DNA from: a virus
Taxonomy: Duplodnaviria; Caudoviricetes
Strand: one strand, 5' to 3'
Virus record (IMG/VR): IMGVR_UViG_3300048902_000067
Coordinates: 1 to 55,757 of that record
DNA length: 55,757 nt
Numbering within the stretch: the first letter of the stretch is position 1; each line of letters opens with the position of its first letter. Below the pieces are notes generated by a model. That model made no database searches and was not told where the DNA came from. It worked only from the letters and a program-made list of their open reading frames with translations. Positions 52,858 through 55,757 of this stretch are shown one piece after another. The position numbers and the translations under genes are program-made.

Positions 52858-53351
52858 GGCTGCTCTCCTTGTATGGGTGGGGGTTCAGGGGTCCTCCCGG
52901 GACCCGTCACGCTCTCTCCGGGGGTGTCCGCAGCGGGACCGGCGTATGCCCTATAATGCCCAGCCGCCGTGTCGTAGGCGTCCTTGCCCAACGCCGACCA
53001 AAAACTCCGCTCAGCGCGTTTGTGCTGATCATGCTGGTGGTGGAAATGGCAGAGCGGGTTACAGTGGCGGTCGTGGTTCTTGCGCTGCATTCCGGGGTTC
53101 ACGGACCCCTTCGCGGCATCGGAATACCGGACGTGTGCGGCCTCTATCGGACCCTCGCAGCCGCCCAGATGGCGGGCCTCGCAGGGCTGGCGGCGGAGAT
53201 AGGCCAGGAAGCCCGGATCGCGCTCGCGCCCACGGTCGGCCTTGGGGCTCGGGAGCTTGACCAGCTTGGGTCCGGAAAGCCTCTTGAGGCCTTTCGACTG
53301 GCGCCGGCGTAGGATGTCGGCTTCTTCGCGACGGGTTAGGGTGAGGGTCAT
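52854..53351 (-). CDS. HNH-like nuclease (DUF968-like)
   Basis: LAYLRRQPC...AAHVR...PLC..HH..QH. Confidence 0.75.
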   Translation of the reverse strand: MTLTLTRREEADILRRRQSKGLKRLSGPKLVKLPSPKADRGRERDPGFLAYLRRQPCEARHLGGCEGPIEAAHVRYSDAAKGSVNPGMQRKNHDRHCNPLCHFHHQHDQHKRAERSFWSALGKDAYDTAAGHYRAYAGPAADTPGESVTGPGRTPEPPPIQGEQP

Positions 53352-53902
53352 GCGGCACGCGGGGCGGCGTTCTTAGCCACCGCCCCGTCCCCGTTGCCAT
53401 CGAAACCGAGAAGCTGTTCGCGAGACACGTCGATCATGCCCGCCAGGATCGCAAGAACCGCGTCCTTGCTCTCCTGAAAGACCTTGCGGCCCATCGCTCG
53501 CGGAGACTGGCTCTTGGCCGTGTAGACCCGCACCACGGCCTCAGAGACCGCGACCACGGCGAAGTCATCCATCGGCTTGACGAACGCGCCTACGCGGACG
53601 GCCTCGGCCCTGGACGAACAGACGATGGACCGCTCGTCCCGATAGCCGGCGCGGATCAGCGCGTACTTTCGCAGATGGTCGGCGGTTGGATATCGTGCCG
53701 AGTCATGCTCTGGCAGGTTCAGCCAGGCATCATAGACCGCCGCGAAAAAGTGGCGATGAGACGCCATCGACCGCGACGGGTCGGCGCTATCCAGGGTGTA
53801 GACCTCGCCCACCACGAACTGCTTATCCGCCAAGGCGGCGAACCCTCGGGTCGGACGCATCACCTCGCCATCCCATTGCATGGGCACCGGGCGCAGGTTC
53901 AT
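53348..53902 (-). CDS. NinB/DUF1367-like recombination-associated protein
   Basis: RS..SH.HFFA....AW.NLPE; lies next to ERF. Confidence 0.65.
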   Translation of the reverse strand: MNLRPVPMQWDGEVMRPTRGFAALADKQFVVGEVYTLDSADPSRSMASHRHFFAAVYDAWLNLPEHDSARYPTADHLRKYALIRAGYRDERSIVCSSRAEAVRVGAFVKPMDDFAVVAVSEAVVRVYTAKSQSPRAMGRKVFQESKDAVLAILAGMIDVSREQLLGFDGNGDGAVAKNAAPRAA

Positions 53903-54648
53903 TTCGGCAGCTCCGCCTTGCGCTTCTGGATTAGGTCGAAGAAGAACTGGCGGGTGACGGGCGGGAGGTTTTCATCCGCGAGCTGTTCGGCGCTTTCGAG
54001 CCGCAGCCGGTCGATCTCCTTGCCGGTGCTGGCGCTCTCCAGAGCGGACTTGAAGGTGGCCGCCCACTGCTGGAGAGCCCGGGCCGCGACCTCCTTGGCC
54101 TTGGTTATGGCCGCGTTGGCGCTGGCGCCTTCGGGCTTGTGCTCCACCTTGTCCTCTTCTTCCTTCGCGTCGTCGCGGTCGGTGATGAGGAAGACCTTTT
54201 TCAGCATCTCTTTCAGGGCGTTCGTCCCCGCCTTTGAGAAGCCCTTGTCGCTATCGTCGGTACCGGCGCCGGCCCAGCGGACCACGCGGGTTTCCTCGCT
54301 TTCGTCGGTGCGCTCGAACGTGAAGTCCACCAACACGTCACAACGGTTGCCGCTGTAGGCGCGCTCCACAAGGTTCGGCCAGATATCGACGCCGTGCTTG
54401 GCGAAGAGGGGGCGCATTTCTGACAGAACCGCCTCAACGGTGTGGCCCTTGATGGTGAACTCCACGCCCGCCTTGGACTTCATCTTGATGTTGTCCTTGC
54501 CGATGCCGAAGGCTTCTTCACGGATCGCGGCCAGCCGGGCCTTCAGGCTTTTCGGCGCGTTGGCGGTTTGCTCGGCAACAGCGGGCTCATCGCCTTCAGC
54601 CACTCCCACTCGCTCAAAGGTATCGGCCTGCGCGCTATCCATGACCAT
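53899..54648 (-). CDS. erf: ERF-family single-strand annealing protein
   Basis: RPLFAKHG...G.G.D..DKG.SKA.T.A.K..L...F.I. Confidence 0.85.
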   Translation of the reverse strand: MVMDSAQADTFERVGVAEGDEPAVAEQTANAPKSLKARLAAIREEAFGIGKDNIKMKSKAGVEFTIKGHTVEAVLSEMRPLFAKHGVDIWPNLVERAYSGNRCDVLVDFTFERTDESEETRVVRWAGAGTDDSDKGFSKAGTNALKEMLKKVFLITDRDDAKEEEDKVEHKPEGASANAAITKAKEVAARALQQWAATFKSALESASTGKEIDRLRLESAEQLADENLPPVTRQFFFDLIQKRKAELPK

Positions 54649-54914
54649 GATCTCCAGGGGTTGACGGGCTTCCCATCGACCTCGGCGCAGCAGCGCTCGT
54701 CGGACAGAAGCTCTCCGGTTTCGGGGTCGATTTCGCCGGGTTCCCACCAGACGCGGGCCGGGACCATTGGACCCTTGACCCATTGCCCGTAGCGGAACTT
54801 GCGAACCGCGAAGTACCCTTGCTGCGGGTCGTTGTCGTGGACAGGCGGTGACAGGCCATCAATGGCTTCCTCCCACCAGCGCCAGCGTTGCTCCGGTGTT
54901 GACGGCTCCCTCAA
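54543..54914 (-). CDS. Trp-rich conserved phage protein
   Basis: GGAGG plus TTG start; DPQQGYF...ID.ETGEL..DE. Confidence 0.65.
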   Translation of the reverse strand: MREPSTPEQRWRWWEEAIDGLSPPVHDNDPQQGYFAVRKFRYGQWVKGPMVPARVWWEPGEIDPETGELLSDERCCAEVDGKPVNPWRSWSWIARRPIPLSEWEWLKAMSPLLPSKPPTRRKA

Positions 54915-55062
54915 GGGTGTCCTCCGCGCATTGCGAGCAGACCAGCATCCCCAGGATTTCCCCGATCTCGACGCAGTGATCAGGCGTCGGCATGGGCCAA
55001 TCGCAGAGGTCACATTGGACCTGGGGGGCGGCTTTGGTTTCGGTGAAGGGCTCGGGGGTCAT
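54859..55062 (-). CDS. Small CxxC-CxxC protein
   Basis: CDLC...CSQC. Confidence 0.45.
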   Translation of the reverse strand: MTPEPFTETKAAPQVQCDLCDWPMPTPDHCVEIGEILGMLVCSQCAEDTLEGAVNTGATLALVGGSH

Positions 55063-55235
55063 GCCGGCCACGCTTCGATCTCTGGCGCCGACGCAAACGG
55101 ATCACGCCAGACGAAGTGATCCACTGGAGCCTTGGCCGGAAACCAGCGGGCGAAGGCGCGGCCCTGCGCTGACAGCTTGCGCTCAACCCTCTCCTGTTCG
55201 TCTCGCAGGATTTGGTATTCAGTTCGGACGCTCAT
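55059..55235 (-). CDS. Hypothetical protein
   Basis: ATGA coupling; GGAG ribosome-binding site. Confidence 0.55.
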   Translation of the reverse strand: MSVRTEYQILRDEQERVERKLSAQGRAFARWFPAKAPVDHFVWRDPFASAPEIEAWPA

Positions 55236-55318
55236 AGCGCTCTCCAAACAAAGCTGACGAACAGGGCCAGCCAAGCAACGAAGGGGATAAAGGCGAGGAA
55301 GGTGCGGATGGATGTCAT
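55232..55318 (-). CDS. 28-aa hydrophobic peptide MTSIRTFLAFIPFVAWLALFVSFVWRAL
   Basis: ATGA overlaps at both ends. Confidence 0.5.
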   Translation of the reverse strand: MTSIRTFLAFIPFVAWLALFVSFVWRAL

Positions 55319-55757
55319 GCCGGCACGAGCTTTCCAGCTCCGGCGCGGTACAGAACGCCTGCCTTGATCCCATCCTCACCGACATAGCCAACAGCGAACC
55401 GGGTCCGCTTTCCGTCGTGATACGGGATGCAGATAGCTCCCCCCGCAACGGCGGAAACGGTGCTTCCGGGTCCAGCGCACGCGACTACAGCATCCTTTCC
55501 GGATGCTTCGATCTTGGCGGAGTGGCCGCTGGAGCCGATCTTGGCGGAGTGGCCGCTGGAGCCGATCTGGGCGGAGTGGCCGCTGGAGCCGATCTTGGCG
55601 GAGTGGCCGCTGGAGCCGATCTGGGCGGAGTGGCCGCTGGAGCCGATCTGGGCGGAGTGGCCGCTGGAGCCGATCTTGGCGGAGTGGCCGCTGGAGCCGA
55701 TCTGGGCGGAGTCGCCGCTGGAGCCGATCTTGGCGGAGTGGCCGCTGGAGCCGATCT
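55315..55757 (-). CDS. C-terminal part of the same repeat protein (...RFAVGYVGEDGIKAGVLYRAGAGKLVPA*)
   Basis: In frame with the 1-515 piece once the 127-nt overlap is removed (831 nt, 276 aa). Confidence 0.85.
   Translation of the reverse strand, partial: IGSSGHSAKIGSSGDSAQIGSSGHSAKIGSSGHSAQIGSSGHSAQIGSSGHSAKIGSSGHSAQIGSSGHSAKIGSSGHSAKIEASGKDAVVACAGPGSTVSAVAGGAICIPYHDGKRTRFAVGYVGEDGIKAGVLYRAGAGKLVPA
55510..55757. repeat. 27-bp tandem repeat, right part; last 127 nt duplicate bases 1-127
   Basis: About 9 units seen directly; 55631-55757 is identical to 1-127. Confidence 0.97.

Larger units (their letters stand above)
1..55757. mobile_element. Complete circular temperate podovirus-type phage genome (excised/attP form)
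   Basis: All modules are present (immunity, replication, packaging, head, tail, lysis, integration); 127-nt identical ends; intact attP-like site beside int. Confidence 0.93.

Overview
The window looks like a complete circular temperate phage genome. Bases 1-127 are identical to 55631-55757, and one minus-strand gene reads in frame across the join, which gives a unit length of 55,630 bp. The host is probably an alphaproteobacterium, likely Caulobacteraceae; this is inferred from a gcrA homolog, a GTTC-N7-GTTC LexA box and high GC. Layout in order: a cI/cro switch (2.3-3.5 kb); a rightward early operon (C5 DNA methyltransferase, endonuclease VII, RusA, GcrA, DnaA-domain-IV proteins, replication proteins); podovirus packaging and head genes (terS, terL, P22-like portal, scaffold, coat); tail and ejection proteins interrupted by a TPR-glycosyltransferase and hicAB; four signal-peptide-bearing fibre-like genes; a lysis cassette; a tRNA-like RNA; a LexA-boxed small gene; an rtcB operon; an attP carrying the 5' half of tRNA-Leu(TAG); int/xis; and a long leftward early operon (ERF, MazG-like, Rieske and others). 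Three observations stand out. (1) A late module of apparent virion fibre proteins that all carry signal peptides and even cysteine counts, suggesting periplasmic disulfide maturation. (2) A 139-nt tRNA-mimic with an expanded anticodon domain lying next to RtcB. (3) Reverse-orientation tRNA integration. All family assignments come from motif recognition only; no database search was run.
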